The position numbers and the translations under genes are program-made. 64,000 nucleotides of DNA from Myxococcales bacterium. Lineage in GTDB: Bacteria > Myxococcota_A > UBA9042 > UBA3505. Below, one piece after another: positions 11,201 through 19,978 of this stretch (within the stretch, counting starts at the first letter, position 1; every line of letters begins with the position of its first letter). The notes below the pieces were generated by a model. It ran no database searches. It saw nothing but the letters and a program-made list of their open reading frames with translations, and was not told the origin of the DNA. The DNA lies in assembly GCA_963578775.1 (NCBI GenBank), contig CAUZEG010000003.1:10057-74056 (forward strand). The letters run 5' to 3'.

Positions 11201-12032
11201 TCAAAGCCAAATGGTCTTCGGGGAGAACGGCCATCTCACTACTCAGCTCACGGAGTGATAGGTTGTCCATTTCATAGATCCGCTTTCCACGAGTTGGCCG
11301 CATGCCCGGCCCCATGCGAGCAACCCGCACCTCGATGGGCATCGGCTCGGCGGCTCCTGGGAGTAGATCATAGGATATCCAGGGCTCATTTGGATTCAGT
11401 GGAATGGTCGGGCCCTCTTTGCTCGGCGGGGGCGGAGCTTCCTCGGTGTCTAGTAGTACCGCAAGCCATACGGGGAGTGCCGATCCCGCCACCATTCCCC
11501 CGCGCGGACGCCGCAGCTCCACATTTGGTCCGAGGTTTCGAATCATCAAGGAGGATTCAGCGGCTCCACTCAGTTCTTTATTTGCGTCGTCTTCTTCTGA
11601 TTTCTGGGTGGCGAACCACAGAGTCATAGCCGCAGCAACCATATGTTTACAAGTTGAACCTTTGCGGGCGAATGGGCAGGTGCAGCGCCCTTCAAAGCGT
11701 TCCGGGTTTCCCGATGGCCAGGCGATACTCACCAGATAACGTCTGGAACCGTTGACGCCGGCCTCTACGTGATCGCCTCGAATCTTCAGATAGGCAACTC
11801 TCTTGTCTTCCGCGTATTTAACACCCCGTTGCCATACGAAATCCTCGCTTCCAATACGACGCCGTACCCGATCGAGCAGACGGGTCGTGATAGGTAGCGG
11901 TGGAAGGGTTCCGATGATGCGCGTTCCATCAAGTGGTTGCGCGTCGGTGCCAAGCAGAACTTTGTCCTGGTTTGGGCTGCCTCTTCGGCGTCCTCGGTTA
12001 CGTCGCTTTGAGTTTCGCGACTTTCGGGCCAT
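8250..12032 (-). CDS. SNF2-family helicase with N-terminal SWIM zinc finger
   Basis: 1260 aa. SWIM 'CTCPFARKGSTCKHMVAA'. SNF2_N 'LADDMGLGKTLQ'. DEAH-like 'FLDESQHVKN'. Helicase-C 'AHRIGQTRPVFV'. Confidence 0.85.
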   Translation of the reverse strand: MARKSRNSKRRNRGRRRGSPNQDKVLLGTDAQPLDGTRIIGTLPPLPITTRLLDRVRRRIGSEDFVWQRGVKYAEDKRVAYLKIRGDHVEAGVNGSRRYLVSIAWPSGNPERFEGRCTCPFARKGSTCKHMVAAAMTLWFATQKSEEDDANKELSGAAESSLMIRNLGPNVELRRPRGGMVAGSALPVWLAVLLDTEEAPPPPSKEGPTIPLNPNEPWISYDLLPGAAEPMPIEVRVARMGPGMRPTRGKRIYEMDNLSLRELSSEMAVLPEDHLALTYLGARKSTTDKQEPAWNGGSLDRMLRLLAHTRDVRIHGEAIRIDKTPIQLRLVVSDFEEDSLRFWVEPIHETDEEVVDVDPKKRIPASSGPLPGLRHYVPANPGWVHLSDGTLRPLTNEGTRLLRTFGAFDVEKLPTVADEDVDRFREREWPLLASRYPAEILTDRLPNVLTPKPEPRLYLTEPEDMSLAIRASFAYSIPGCEMVEAGPDSPHFLKGSNENEPLIERNPEEEARSLAKLLQAIAASKEIDSAELDADIDPWHIVLGGEDALSFLAGQLPLLESDFKIFGDENLSRLRVNRGDMGTNARVSSEMDWFDLKLGFTAGEQLASASAVLKAWHKKRRFVQMQDGSYSKVPLKWLERYGMLLEEAEHARETLGNRLPKYLASLGAALEEAVDNFQGDDRFEQLKNMLSYPEHLDPIPIPRGVKATLRDYQKQGFTWLCWLSDQGYGGCLADDMGLGKTLQALTYILREKDEGNADGKPVLVVAPTSVVFNWQQEAKRFCPSLRLAVYQGPNRKKVLEQIGTKKPDIILTSYPLLRIDSEQLADIHWHAVFLDESQHVKNADSQTAKAAYRLKSDHNFVMTGTPLENRLDDVWSQFHFTMPGFLGRRKSFARNYGVRSAGQISAEVLKERLQGLRTRIKPFILRRLKVEVAKELPERTEMVLHVPLSPEEQHIYATVRDAYRAQVYGAAEKSSKGGPSLTMLEALLRLRQASCHPALLPFDEAKELGERAGSSKLRTVIDTLEEIISEGHKALVFSQWTSLLDLTQAALKKSKIRTTRLDGSTKDRGSVVEHFQSEDGPPVFLLSLKAGGTGLNLTAADYVIHLDPWWNPAIEAQANDRAHRIGQTRPVFVIKLVSANTVEEKVVHLQKHKKALFDAAINDGRELEDLLTAEEVASFFDPSDEIPEASKIEIPEPEPKRANEKSDTVRRRRGRRSSRGGGNGRAPKKDKAVEAQVESPPAVEPASAKKEDTPQPQDIS

Positions 12033-12392
12033 TCAAGGTCTCCTGAAAACGAAAGGTGCGGTCTGTTCCCCGGTGCTGTTCAGGCATATCGCCTTTGTTT
12101 GGGGAGCGTCTGGCGCGGCTCTCTTCTGTTATTCGGCAATGCCGTCAATACAATTTCATTTAGGTTTAAACTGCTCGCTGCATTGGACTGCGTAGCGATC
12201 ATGGTTTGAGGTAGGCGCGGCTTTTTGTTTCCCACTCGGAACCCTTTCGGGCGGGACAAGCGGGAAAACCCCAGTTACCTCTGTACCTTTTATTGGTAGC
12301 AAATCCGCCGGGCAATGTCATCTAGTTTTTGTTGTTTGGTTCTGGCGGGACAGTCCCATTTGCTCCAATGGTATGGGATCTCTGCTGACATA

Positions 12393-13931
12393 TCACCGTG
12401 GGTCAAAGTGAATTGTAAGCCCCGCCGATACGACATGTAGGCCGCTTTTAAAGGTCCCACCGCCAGCAGGAACCCCCGGAGGTTTACCAGGATTTCCGGA
12501 ATGGCATTTCTCAGAATCATCGTACGGTGGAAGGCACTGGGAGAGGGGGCGTATCTGGTAGATAAGCGTTTCGTCGGCCGGAACATGTCGATCCGGGTGA
12601 AGTATCAGGGCATAGGCCAGAGAAAAGTCTATACGATTCCAACGCAGGGTCGCTCCGGTAGTGAACCCCAGGCGCTCGGACGCGGTAAAGTCAAGATGGG
12701 TGTGCGAAAGAGGGCTGGCTGCACTCTCGTAGAACGTGCCCGCGCGTAGGGTAAGACGGTTCGGGAGGAGATGATAATCACCACCCAGCCGAAAGGAATA
12801 GGTGTCTTTAAATGCTTTTCTCAAACTTACGGGCGCGATGGGGACGGGGGCGCCGGGGCCCGCTTCCGGATCATCTCCCACGAATTGAAATGCTTCTCCA
12901 AACTGGACGTCAAAGGACTGCAGTTGGCTCCAGGCTTCGTATACGACGTTGAATTCTACATCGAATAACTCGCGCCCTCCGGCGGCTCGGTGCACGTACC
13001 GGATTCCACCCCGGACCCAGGAGGGGAGCGTCACATCCAGAGTGACACGATTATCGTTTTCTTCGAGGTATTCGGCGGCGATATTGGCGATCGTCGTCCC
13101 GATAAACTCATGTTCAAAATGTCCTTTCGAATGGATGTTTATGGGGAGCGGCCGGCTGGATATGGCTACCTCCCAGTCGGAATGCGGGCGCCACCAGAGC
13201 CCCACAGTACCCGTCAGTGTGAACCGGTCCTGGGTATTCAGTTTAAACAGTACATCGCCCGATGCGGACTCTGTCGGTGCACTGGGAGGGAGGTCTGGGA
13301 ACAGTTCGGCCAGGTTCATCGATGCCACAACAGAATACCGGTTCTTTAATAGATCAACGGACTGAATTGTTGCTCCGATGGAGAGGTTGGGATGAGGGCG
13401 ATAGGCGGCGCCGAACGTATAGAACGCCATAAGAATATCCGACTCCACGAGCATGTAGCGCTGGGCTCCATCCGAAGGGAACGAACGATGACCGACTGCG
13501 GGTGGCCCGAATGCCCCGAGTCCCAGCACCAGATTATCCGTTCCCAGATCGGACGTTACGGCCATGAACGGTGCCCAGAAGAGGCGTTCCTCGTTATGTA
13601 TTTCCGCAAATTCCGTATCGGGGGCGACCAGGGTTCCAGAGCCAGAATCGTATTCCAATGACTCTCGACGAAAGCGGTAATCCAGCATCGAGAGGTGGTT
13701 GTCGAACAGGATCTGGGTGCCACGGAGTCGAGTCAACAGGGCCGGATTGTACCAGAGTGCGGTTGGATCATTGGCCCCTACCACATAGGAACCAGCACGG
13801 CCCAACCCGCGCGTTCCATTGTCCGGGATTTCCATTCCCCCTCCCAGAGAGAGGCCAGGAAACGAACAAAGAAGGAAGACGCTCAACAGAATCTTAGCAG
13901 GAGTGTGCATATGGACCCACTTCCGTGTCAT
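12393..13931 (-). CDS. Outer-membrane transporter of the FadL/TodX (OMPP1) family
   Basis: Signal peptide, then 'GLGRAGSYVVGANDPTALWYNPALL' typical of the FadL N-terminal hatch. 512 aa. Confidence 0.65.
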   Translation of the reverse strand: MTRKWVHMHTPAKILLSVFLLCSFPGLSLGGGMEIPDNGTRGLGRAGSYVVGANDPTALWYNPALLTRLRGTQILFDNHLSMLDYRFRRESLEYDSGSGTLVAPDTEFAEIHNEERLFWAPFMAVTSDLGTDNLVLGLGAFGPPAVGHRSFPSDGAQRYMLVESDILMAFYTFGAAYRPHPNLSIGATIQSVDLLKNRYSVVASMNLAELFPDLPPSAPTESASGDVLFKLNTQDRFTLTGTVGLWWRPHSDWEVAISSRPLPINIHSKGHFEHEFIGTTIANIAAEYLEENDNRVTLDVTLPSWVRGGIRYVHRAAGGRELFDVEFNVVYEAWSQLQSFDVQFGEAFQFVGDDPEAGPGAPVPIAPVSLRKAFKDTYSFRLGGDYHLLPNRLTLRAGTFYESAASPLSHTHLDFTASERLGFTTGATLRWNRIDFSLAYALILHPDRHVPADETLIYQIRPLSQCLPPYDDSEKCHSGNPGKPPGVPAGGGTFKSGLHVVSAGLTIHFDPR

Positions 13932-14080
13932 GGCGCCCCCAGAGTATTCGAAGAGGTAGCTCCAATGAACCGGTCAAATTTATATATGGGGAAAACGGAA
14001 TCGCACGCAACCTCCAAACGTGACAAAGTGGAGGGCAGCCCATAGAATCGGCACACATGAGGGAGATTCGAGAACAGGCA

Positions 14081-15727
14081 ATGAAGACGGTTCTTGCACG
14101 AATATCGGGTATGGGACTGGGAGCAATCCTGGTCCTGATGGCGATGGCTACGGCTGGCCCCGCACGGGCGGGAGACCTGGATGTGACCAAGCTACGTCCT
14201 TCACCCCATCTATATGATGTTATGACCGTGAAGTTCATGGACTTTCCCTCCACGCTCTCCGGTGGGGGAGGAGTGTTCATCCATTACGGTCAGAATCAGC
14301 TGGTCTATTTGACCCCGGACGGCCCGCAGGCGGTGGTCAAGAATCGGGTCACAGCCAACTTCTATGGCAGCCTGGCGTTCGCGGAACGTTTTTCGGTCGG
14401 ATTGATGATTCCCGGAGTCTTTCTGAATGAAGGTGAAGAGGGCTTTGCCGTACCGATCGATTCGGGGGCTGGCATTGGCGACATCGGTTTATCCCTGAAG
14501 GGAGCACTTCTCAAAAGAGGAAGAAAAGGGTTTGGGCTTGGACTGGCCCTGGACGCAAAATTTGCCACGGGACGGGCACGTGCACATCTGAGTGACGGGG
14601 GGAATGTAGTCTTGGCCTCGCTGGTCGCTGACACCGCCTTTCATGGCTATCGAGCGGCGCTAAACATTGGCTACCTTATGCGCGATACCTTTGAAGAAGA
14701 GGATGGGCTCTTTACGGTGGATGATGAATTCGACATTCGGTTCGCTTTCGAGGCGCCGCTGGTAAAGAACGAGATCTCGCTCTTTGGCCACATTGCAACC
14801 ACAACGAATGCATCGTCCTTCTACGACGACCCCAATACGACGTATTTTGAGGTCGACGGTGGAATGGTTTATCACCATTCTTCCGGCATGCGAGCGCTGG
14901 TCGGTGGCGGTGGAGGGCTTGCCAAGGGTTATGGCAATGTTCGAGTCCGAGCCTTTTTTGGACTTGCATATTACCCATCATTGCGGCCGCCCGATTCCGA
15001 TTCCGATGGGATCCTGGATGCTGTCGACCAATGTCCCAATCGAGCAGAGGACATGGATCAATACGAGGATCACGATGGCTGTCCTGAACCGGATAATGAT
15101 GGCGATTCGATCCTGGATGCGGCCGATAAATGCCCGGTGGATCCAGAGGATGTGGATGGCTTCAAGGACGAGGATGGCTGTCCTGAGTTTGACAATGATT
15201 CCGACGGGTTGACTGACAAAAACGACCTATGCCCGGATGAGGCCGAGGACTTCGACCAATTTGAGGACAGTGATGGCTGTCCAGATGAAGACAACGACGA
15301 AGACGGGATTCCAGACGACAAAGATGCGTGTCCTTTGGAACCCGAAAACAAGAATGACCATAAGGATGAAGACGGCTGTCCCGACGAGGCACCGTTGGCG
15401 GAATTTCTGAATGGTGATCTTGTCGTTCGGGGACAGATTGTTTTCCGTGGTGGAACGGCCAAATTGGACCGTTCTTGTCGTCCTGTGCTGGACACGATTG
15501 CCGCCGTGCTGAAGGCAACACCAAACATAACGCAGGTGGAAATTCTGGTAACAACGGGTGATGAGGTTGTCGCGCGGCGAGCCTCTCGGCGTAGTGCAAG
15601 TCGAGCACGTAAGATTGCCGATTATCTGATCCGAAAAGGGGTTCCCCGTGGCCAACTGGTGACGAAGGGTGGCGGAGCCGGAGAGTCGGCTAAGGTTGCG
15701 TTTAAAGTGCTGGGTCCCGCGGAGTAA
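14081..15727 (+). CDS. OmpA-family outer-membrane protein with thrombospondin type-3 (TSP3) repeats
   Basis: Signal peptide 'MKTVLARISGMGLGAILVLMAMATAGPARA'. At least 8 Asp-rich 'DxDxDGxxDxxDxCP' repeats. C-terminal OmpA/peptidoglycan-binding domain. An alternative upstream start lies at 14057. Confidence 0.8.
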   Translation: MKTVLARISGMGLGAILVLMAMATAGPARAGDLDVTKLRPSPHLYDVMTVKFMDFPSTLSGGGGVFIHYGQNQLVYLTPDGPQAVVKNRVTANFYGSLAFAERFSVGLMIPGVFLNEGEEGFAVPIDSGAGIGDIGLSLKGALLKRGRKGFGLGLALDAKFATGRARAHLSDGGNVVLASLVADTAFHGYRAALNIGYLMRDTFEEEDGLFTVDDEFDIRFAFEAPLVKNEISLFGHIATTTNASSFYDDPNTTYFEVDGGMVYHHSSGMRALVGGGGGLAKGYGNVRVRAFFGLAYYPSLRPPDSDSDGILDAVDQCPNRAEDMDQYEDHDGCPEPDNDGDSILDAADKCPVDPEDVDGFKDEDGCPEFDNDSDGLTDKNDLCPDEAEDFDQFEDSDGCPDEDNDEDGIPDDKDACPLEPENKNDHKDEDGCPDEAPLAEFLNGDLVVRGQIVFRGGTAKLDRSCRPVLDTIAAVLKATPNITQVEILVTTGDEVVARRASRRSASRARKIADYLIRKGVPRGQLVTKGGGAGESAKVAFKVLGPAE

Positions 15728-15832
15728 TCGACATTGGAGAACCCGGGTGTTGAGCCAGTTCTTGAGTAATTCGAGATGGGTGGTTAGTGTGCGAGCCTGA
15801 CAGCCAGGTTCGAACCCTTGCGCGAGGCGCCA

Positions 15833-17140
15833 ATGGAAGAGTACCAACTGACACGTTCTGAGGCCGCATTTATTCGAGCGAAGGAATGCTTCCCAGGGGG
15901 CGTCAACAGTCCGGTTCGAGCCCTTGGGTCGGTTGGAGGAACGCCGTTTTTTACGGTTCGGGGGCAGGGGGCAGAGATCCATGATGCGGACGGGCATGCC
16001 TACGTTGATCTTGTATTAGCCTATGGACCGCTCATCCTCGGCCATGGGCACCCGCGTGTAGCCGATGCGCTTCATGAAGCGGTGGAAGATGGATGGTCGT
16101 ACGGGACACCGACACTGATAGAAACGAATCTGGCAGACCGCGTTCGGCATTTTGTTCCGTCTATGGAGAAGATGCGCTTCGTGAACAGCGGCACAGAGGC
16201 GACCATGACGGCGATACGGCTCGCCCGGGGAGCCACAGGACGAGATCTAACGGTAAAATTCGAGGGTTGTTATCACGGACATGTGGATTCTCTGCTCGTA
16301 AAAGCCGGGTCCGGTGCGCTGACTCATGGGCATCCCGACAGTGGAGGCGTGCCTGCGTCGATAGCTGGAACAACATTATTGGCCCCCTTCAATGATCTGG
16401 AAGCTGTCGAGGCCCTGTTTGGACGCTATGGCGAACAAATTGCGAGTATCATTCTGGAACCGGTGGCTGGGAATATGGGGGTTATCCCCCCCCTTCCAGG
16501 CTTTTTGGAAGGGTTGCGAGCCCTATGTGATGAGCACAAATCGCTCTTGATCTTTGATGAAGTTATGACGGGATTCCGAGTCCACCGGGGCGGAGCCCAG
16601 GCCCTATATGGGGTGTTGCCCGACCTTACCTGTCTGGGAAAGGTCATCGGTGGCGGGCTTCCGGTAGGGGCCTTTGGTGGTCGGGCTGAGATCATGGACT
16701 GTCTAGCGCCGGAGGGCTCCGTCTACCAGGCCGGCACATTAAGTGGAAATCCGCTCTCGATGGTGGCGGGCTGTGCAACCCTGGAGGTCTTGGAAGATAC
16801 GCCTGTATTTGACCGCCTGGAGGAACGGGCTGCGCTATTGGCTGAGGGCTTGCAGACGGTTGCGGACGAGGATGGGATTGAAATGTGTGTCCAACAGGTC
16901 GGCACTATGCTTACGCCTTTCTTCCGTGCTGGGCCGATCCACCGACTTGATGACGTACGCGGATCGAATTTTGAACGATTTGCCCAGTTCTTTCACGGTA
17001 TGCGCCGGGAAGGCGTTAGCATTCCCCCCTCCCAATATGAAGCGTGGTTCTTGGCTACGACCCATGATTCATCGATCTGTGATCGGGTTGTTGCCGCCGC
17101 CCGAACGGTTATGGCAACCGACATAACTGCTGGCAGTTGA
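15833..17140 (+). CDS. hemL: Glutamate-1-semialdehyde 2,1-aminomutase
   Basis: 'FPGGVNSPVRA' near the N-terminus. 'MTGFRV...GKVIGGGLPVGAFGG' around the PLP-lysine region. The ATG at 15833 is preferred over the TTG at 15818. Confidence 0.9.
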   Translation: MEEYQLTRSEAAFIRAKECFPGGVNSPVRALGSVGGTPFFTVRGQGAEIHDADGHAYVDLVLAYGPLILGHGHPRVADALHEAVEDGWSYGTPTLIETNLADRVRHFVPSMEKMRFVNSGTEATMTAIRLARGATGRDLTVKFEGCYHGHVDSLLVKAGSGALTHGHPDSGGVPASIAGTTLLAPFNDLEAVEALFGRYGEQIASIILEPVAGNMGVIPPLPGFLEGLRALCDEHKSLLIFDEVMTGFRVHRGGAQALYGVLPDLTCLGKVIGGGLPVGAFGGRAEIMDCLAPEGSVYQAGTLSGNPLSMVAGCATLEVLEDTPVFDRLEERAALLAEGLQTVADEDGIEMCVQQVGTMLTPFFRAGPIHRLDDVRGSNFERFAQFFHGMRREGVSIPPSQYEAWFLATTHDSSICDRVVAAARTVMATDITAGS

Positions 17141-17337
17141 CCATCCGGATATAAAGCTCCGGAGATAGAACTAGAGAAAGCACCGCAGTCCCTTGATTTG
17201 ATGGCTCCCAATCAGTCTTCAAATTGACCTCTTTGTTGGTTGACACACCTAGTTGATCGTGTTACCTACCCCAATCCCAGTCTGGAGTGGTGAGCCTGCT
17301 TCAGTGTTTTTTGAATGATTACACTCTGTTACCCTTT

Positions 17338-17622
17338 ATGATCCCGTCTCGTAGACCCACGAAAGAAGAGCGCCGGAACCGGCGCCAGGCATTACGCCTT
17401 TCCACAGTGGGTTTGGAACTCGGAGTCGCGGTAGGCCTCGGCGGTTATGCTGGCTATTGGTTGGACGGCCGATTCGATACGCGACCTGTGTGGACCCTCA
17501 TCATGCTCTTCTTAGGGATTACAGCCGGTTTTCTTAACTTGATTCGTGTAGTCAATCGACTTGACGAGTCTTCTTCCAAATCTGAACCCAATGACTCTAA
17601 GCCCTCCGATGACCCAAGCTGA
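17338..17622 (+). CDS. AtpZ/AtpI-like small membrane protein (ATP-synthase gene-1 family)
   Basis: Two TM helices with 'GLELGVAVGLGGYAGYWLD'. Sits upstream of atpI/atpB. Confidence 0.5.
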   Translation: MIPSRRPTKEERRNRRQALRLSTVGLELGVAVGLGGYAGYWLDGRFDTRPVWTLIMLFLGITAGFLNLIRVVNRLDESSSKSEPNDSKPSDDPS

Positions 17623-18025
17623 TCCTGCCCTCACCTCCACCGAGGGCAAGAACGAGGCTACAACTGCTGCCCTGGACCGATTGTCCCGACGGGCTCAGTG
17701 GATTCATCTGGCTATGATTGTTGTCTTGAGTCTGGCCATTGGGATGGGCTGGGGATTCCGTGCGGGGCTTTCTTCCTTTGCAGGCGGAGGGCTCGCCCTG
17801 GCGAATCTGTACATCATTAATTGGATTGGCAACCGGATGATGGGTAATCAGGCCTCGAAAGCGGGGCGTTATGTGGGATTGTTTTTCGTGAAGTTTGTCG
17901 CCCTTGGCTTTGTCGTTGGGTTGATTATTCTCGTTGTGAAACCCGCCGCCGGTGCATTTCTAATCGGTTATAGCACCCTTCTCCCGGTGGTTTTTGGTGC
18001 CACGATTGCCCGAGGCAAAGTCTAG
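17609..18025 (+). CDS. atpI: ATP synthase protein I-like membrane protein
   Basis: Four hydrophobic helices. Immediately precedes atpB; the stop at 18023-18025 abuts the atpB ATG. Start is uncertain (17561, 17591 or 17609). Confidence 0.45.
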   Translation: MTQADPALTSTEGKNEATTAALDRLSRRAQWIHLAMIVVLSLAIGMGWGFRAGLSSFAGGGLALANLYIINWIGNRMMGNQASKAGRYVGLFFVKFVALGFVVGLIILVVKPAAGAFLIGYSTLLPVVFGATIARGKV

Positions 18026-18026
18026 T

Positions 18027-18950
18027 ATGCTATCCATTGCCCGACAGCGTGTTACCGTAGTTCTGCTACTAATCGGCTTTGTGCTGGGCCCGATGGCAGT
18101 CGCATATGCGTCGGCACCGGCGGGACAAGAAGGGGCAACTGCAGAAGCGGATCACAAGGGACCGGAGCCTGATAATTGGTCATTTTTTTCAGCTCTCATC
18201 CCGGGTAATTCCGTACACGATGCCCGCTCGTGGATCGGAAAATCCGCCATGGGTGACGACGTGGGTAAAGTGATGCATGTACCCGGCGCCCTGTTCGCGG
18301 CCTTGATCACTTTGCTCCTCGGACTTATCGCCGGACGTTGGTTCCGGAATACCGAACGTTCCATCAAGCCCCCATCGCGGTTCAGCGTGGCGGCCGTAAT
18401 GGAGTTGGTTCTCCAGGGCATCTATAATCTGTCGGTATCTATGATGCCCGAAAAGTGGGCCAAGAAGACATTTCCAATCCTGGCGACCACCGCCTTATTC
18501 ATCTTTGTATGCAATAATATGGGGTCGATTCCGGGGTTGTTTCCACCGACGGACAATCTCAATACCACCATGGCTATGGCGCTTGTGATCTTCGTGACCA
18601 CTCACTATTACGGTATTCAAGCCCATGGCGTGTCGTATTTTAAACACTTTCTCGGGCCGATTACCCATCCAGCGGCATTGCCACTGATGCTCTTGATGGT
18701 TGTGATCGAGACCATCGGCCATCTTGCACGCGTACTTTCCCTATCGATTCGTCTGATGGGAAATATGTTCGCAGACCATACGGTTCTTGCGATCTGTCTG
18801 GGACTTATCCCAGGTGTTCTACCATTGGTCTTCCCGATCCCCATCCAGGTACTTGGACTTCTCGTCGCGCTGGTCCAGACCTTCGTATTCTTGATTCTTT
18901 CCGTGGTCTATATCTCTATGGCGGTAGAAGACCACGCGGACGAGCACTGA
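18027..18950 (+). CDS. atpB: F0F1 ATP synthase subunit a
   Basis: 'LSLSIRLMGNMFADH' contains the conserved Arg of subunit a. Polytopic membrane protein. Confidence 0.9.
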   Translation: MLSIARQRVTVVLLLIGFVLGPMAVAYASAPAGQEGATAEADHKGPEPDNWSFFSALIPGNSVHDARSWIGKSAMGDDVGKVMHVPGALFAALITLLLGLIAGRWFRNTERSIKPPSRFSVAAVMELVLQGIYNLSVSMMPEKWAKKTFPILATTALFIFVCNNMGSIPGLFPPTDNLNTTMAMALVIFVTTHYYGIQAHGVSYFKHFLGPITHPAALPLMLLMVVIETIGHLARVLSLSIRLMGNMFADHTVLAICLGLIPGVLPLVFPIPIQVLGLLVALVQTFVFLILSVVYISMAVEDHADEH

Positions 18951-18994
18951 TCCCCCCTATTATTCACACTGGTTATCTGACAGGAGTACAACGA

Positions 18995-19330
18995 ATGAGT
19001 TCCCTGAATAAGTTCTGGACGATCGTTTCCCTTACCCTTGTAGGTGTTGTTCTGTTCACACCGGCCGCCTTTGCTATTGACGAGGTTGTTGCAGCGTCCA
19101 TCGAAGGTGGATCTCGTAAATTCCTCGGTTTTGGTGTTGGATTTGGTCTTGCCTTTGCAGCGGCTTTTGGTGCATTGGCGCAGGGCCGTGCTGCTTCCGC
19201 TGCTCTCGAGGGAATGGCCCGCAATCCCAACGCGAAGTTGATGCCTAGTCTTATCCTTTCGCTCGCTCTGATCGAGTCACTGGTCATCTACTCCCTGGTT
19301 ATGTCGTTCCTTCTTCTCGGCAAAGTCTGA
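18995..19330 (+). CDS. atpE: F0F1 ATP synthase subunit c
   Basis: 'GLAFAAAFGALAQGRAASAALEGMARNP...LALIESLVIYSL' is the c-ring hairpin with the conserved carboxylate (E). Confidence 0.9.
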   Translation: MSSLNKFWTIVSLTLVGVVLFTPAAFAIDEVVAASIEGGSRKFLGFGVGFGLAFAAAFGALAQGRAASAALEGMARNPNAKLMPSLILSLALIESLVIYSLVMSFLLLGKV

Positions 19331-19354
19331 GTCGAATTCGGAACAAAGAGAACT

Positions 19355-19395
19355 CCCTGGGGAGCTCCCGGCTTTCCAGGGCGTCTCTATTTTTG
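19355..19395 (+). terminator. Rho-independent terminator after atpE
   Basis: Hairpin CCCTGG...CCAGGG (19355-19381) enclosing the palindrome GGGAGCTCCC, followed by TCTCTATTTTTG. Confidence 0.5.
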
Positions 19396-19403
19396 CGGCT
19401 ATA

Positions 19404-19934
19404 TCAGGCGCTGCGCGCCAGCTCTCTTTGGACGCGATCCGTCTCTTCTTTGTTTCGGGTGCCTACAAACGAAGCGCGTGTGCCCATTAGAATATCGAAC
19501 CAGGGTTTCGTAACGCACCAGTTCATATTCTGATTTGGCCCCATATGGTGATCGAAATGCCAGGATAGCTTCTCTTTTGCCCAATCTGGATCGATATGCG
19601 CTTTCTTATGTACTCGATAGTAATTAATGATGCTGTACCAGACGGCACCGGTGAAGAAGGGGGCTACCGGGAACAGTGGGGCATGTGCGACACCTAGCGC
19701 CACCAGGGCCGCGCCCTCTTTCCCCTGGGAGTTCCAACGGAATGGGCTCTCTTTATAACCCGGGTCCAAATGGTTGTTCGTTCGGCTTTCACGATGATGC
19801 TCGTGCCAGTGGAAAGACCAGAAACTCTTCTTGTTTTTTCCCAGCCCGTGGAGGATGTATTTGTGTATCAACCACTCACCCGCGTTTGCATACATCAGGC
19901 CAATTGGAATACCAAGCATTATACGTCCCCGCAA
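19404..19934 (-). CDS. Fatty-acid-hydroxylase-superfamily membrane di-iron hydroxylase (CrtZ / sterol-desaturase-like)
   Basis: His boxes 'HKYILHG', 'HWHEHH', 'HFDHH'. 176 aa, similar size and motif order to beta-carotene hydroxylase CrtZ. Confidence 0.6.
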   Translation of the reverse strand: MRGRIMLGIPIGLMYANAGEWLIHKYILHGLGKNKKSFWSFHWHEHHRESRTNNHLDPGYKESPFRWNSQGKEGAALVALGVAHAPLFPVAPFFTGAVWYSIINYYRVHKKAHIDPDWAKEKLSWHFDHHMGPNQNMNWCVTKPWFDILMGTRASFVGTRNKEETDRVQRELARSA

Positions 19935-19939
19935 AAAAA

Positions 19940-19955
19940 GATGACTATTTAGTCA
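19940..19955. promoter_or_regulatory. Perfect inverted repeat ATGACTA-TT-TAGTCAT, candidate TetR operator
   Basis: Read directly. Lies in the 44-bp divergent gap between the hydroxylase start (19934) and the TetR start (19979). Confidence 0.45.
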
Positions 19956-19978
19956 TGTTTTAGTAGATCCGATACAGA

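Noticed and set aside
8250-12032. SNF2 helicase as a DISARM or other defence component
   Set aside because: No DUF1998, PLD-nuclease or methyltransferase neighbours. The flanks are DUF192 and an OMP transporter.
12033-12392. 360-bp intergenic region as an sRNA/SRP-like RNA (contains GGTGCTGTT)
   Set aside because: It lacks the rest of the SRP domain IV consensus and has no clear stable hairpin with a terminator. More likely the SNF2 promoter and 5' leader.
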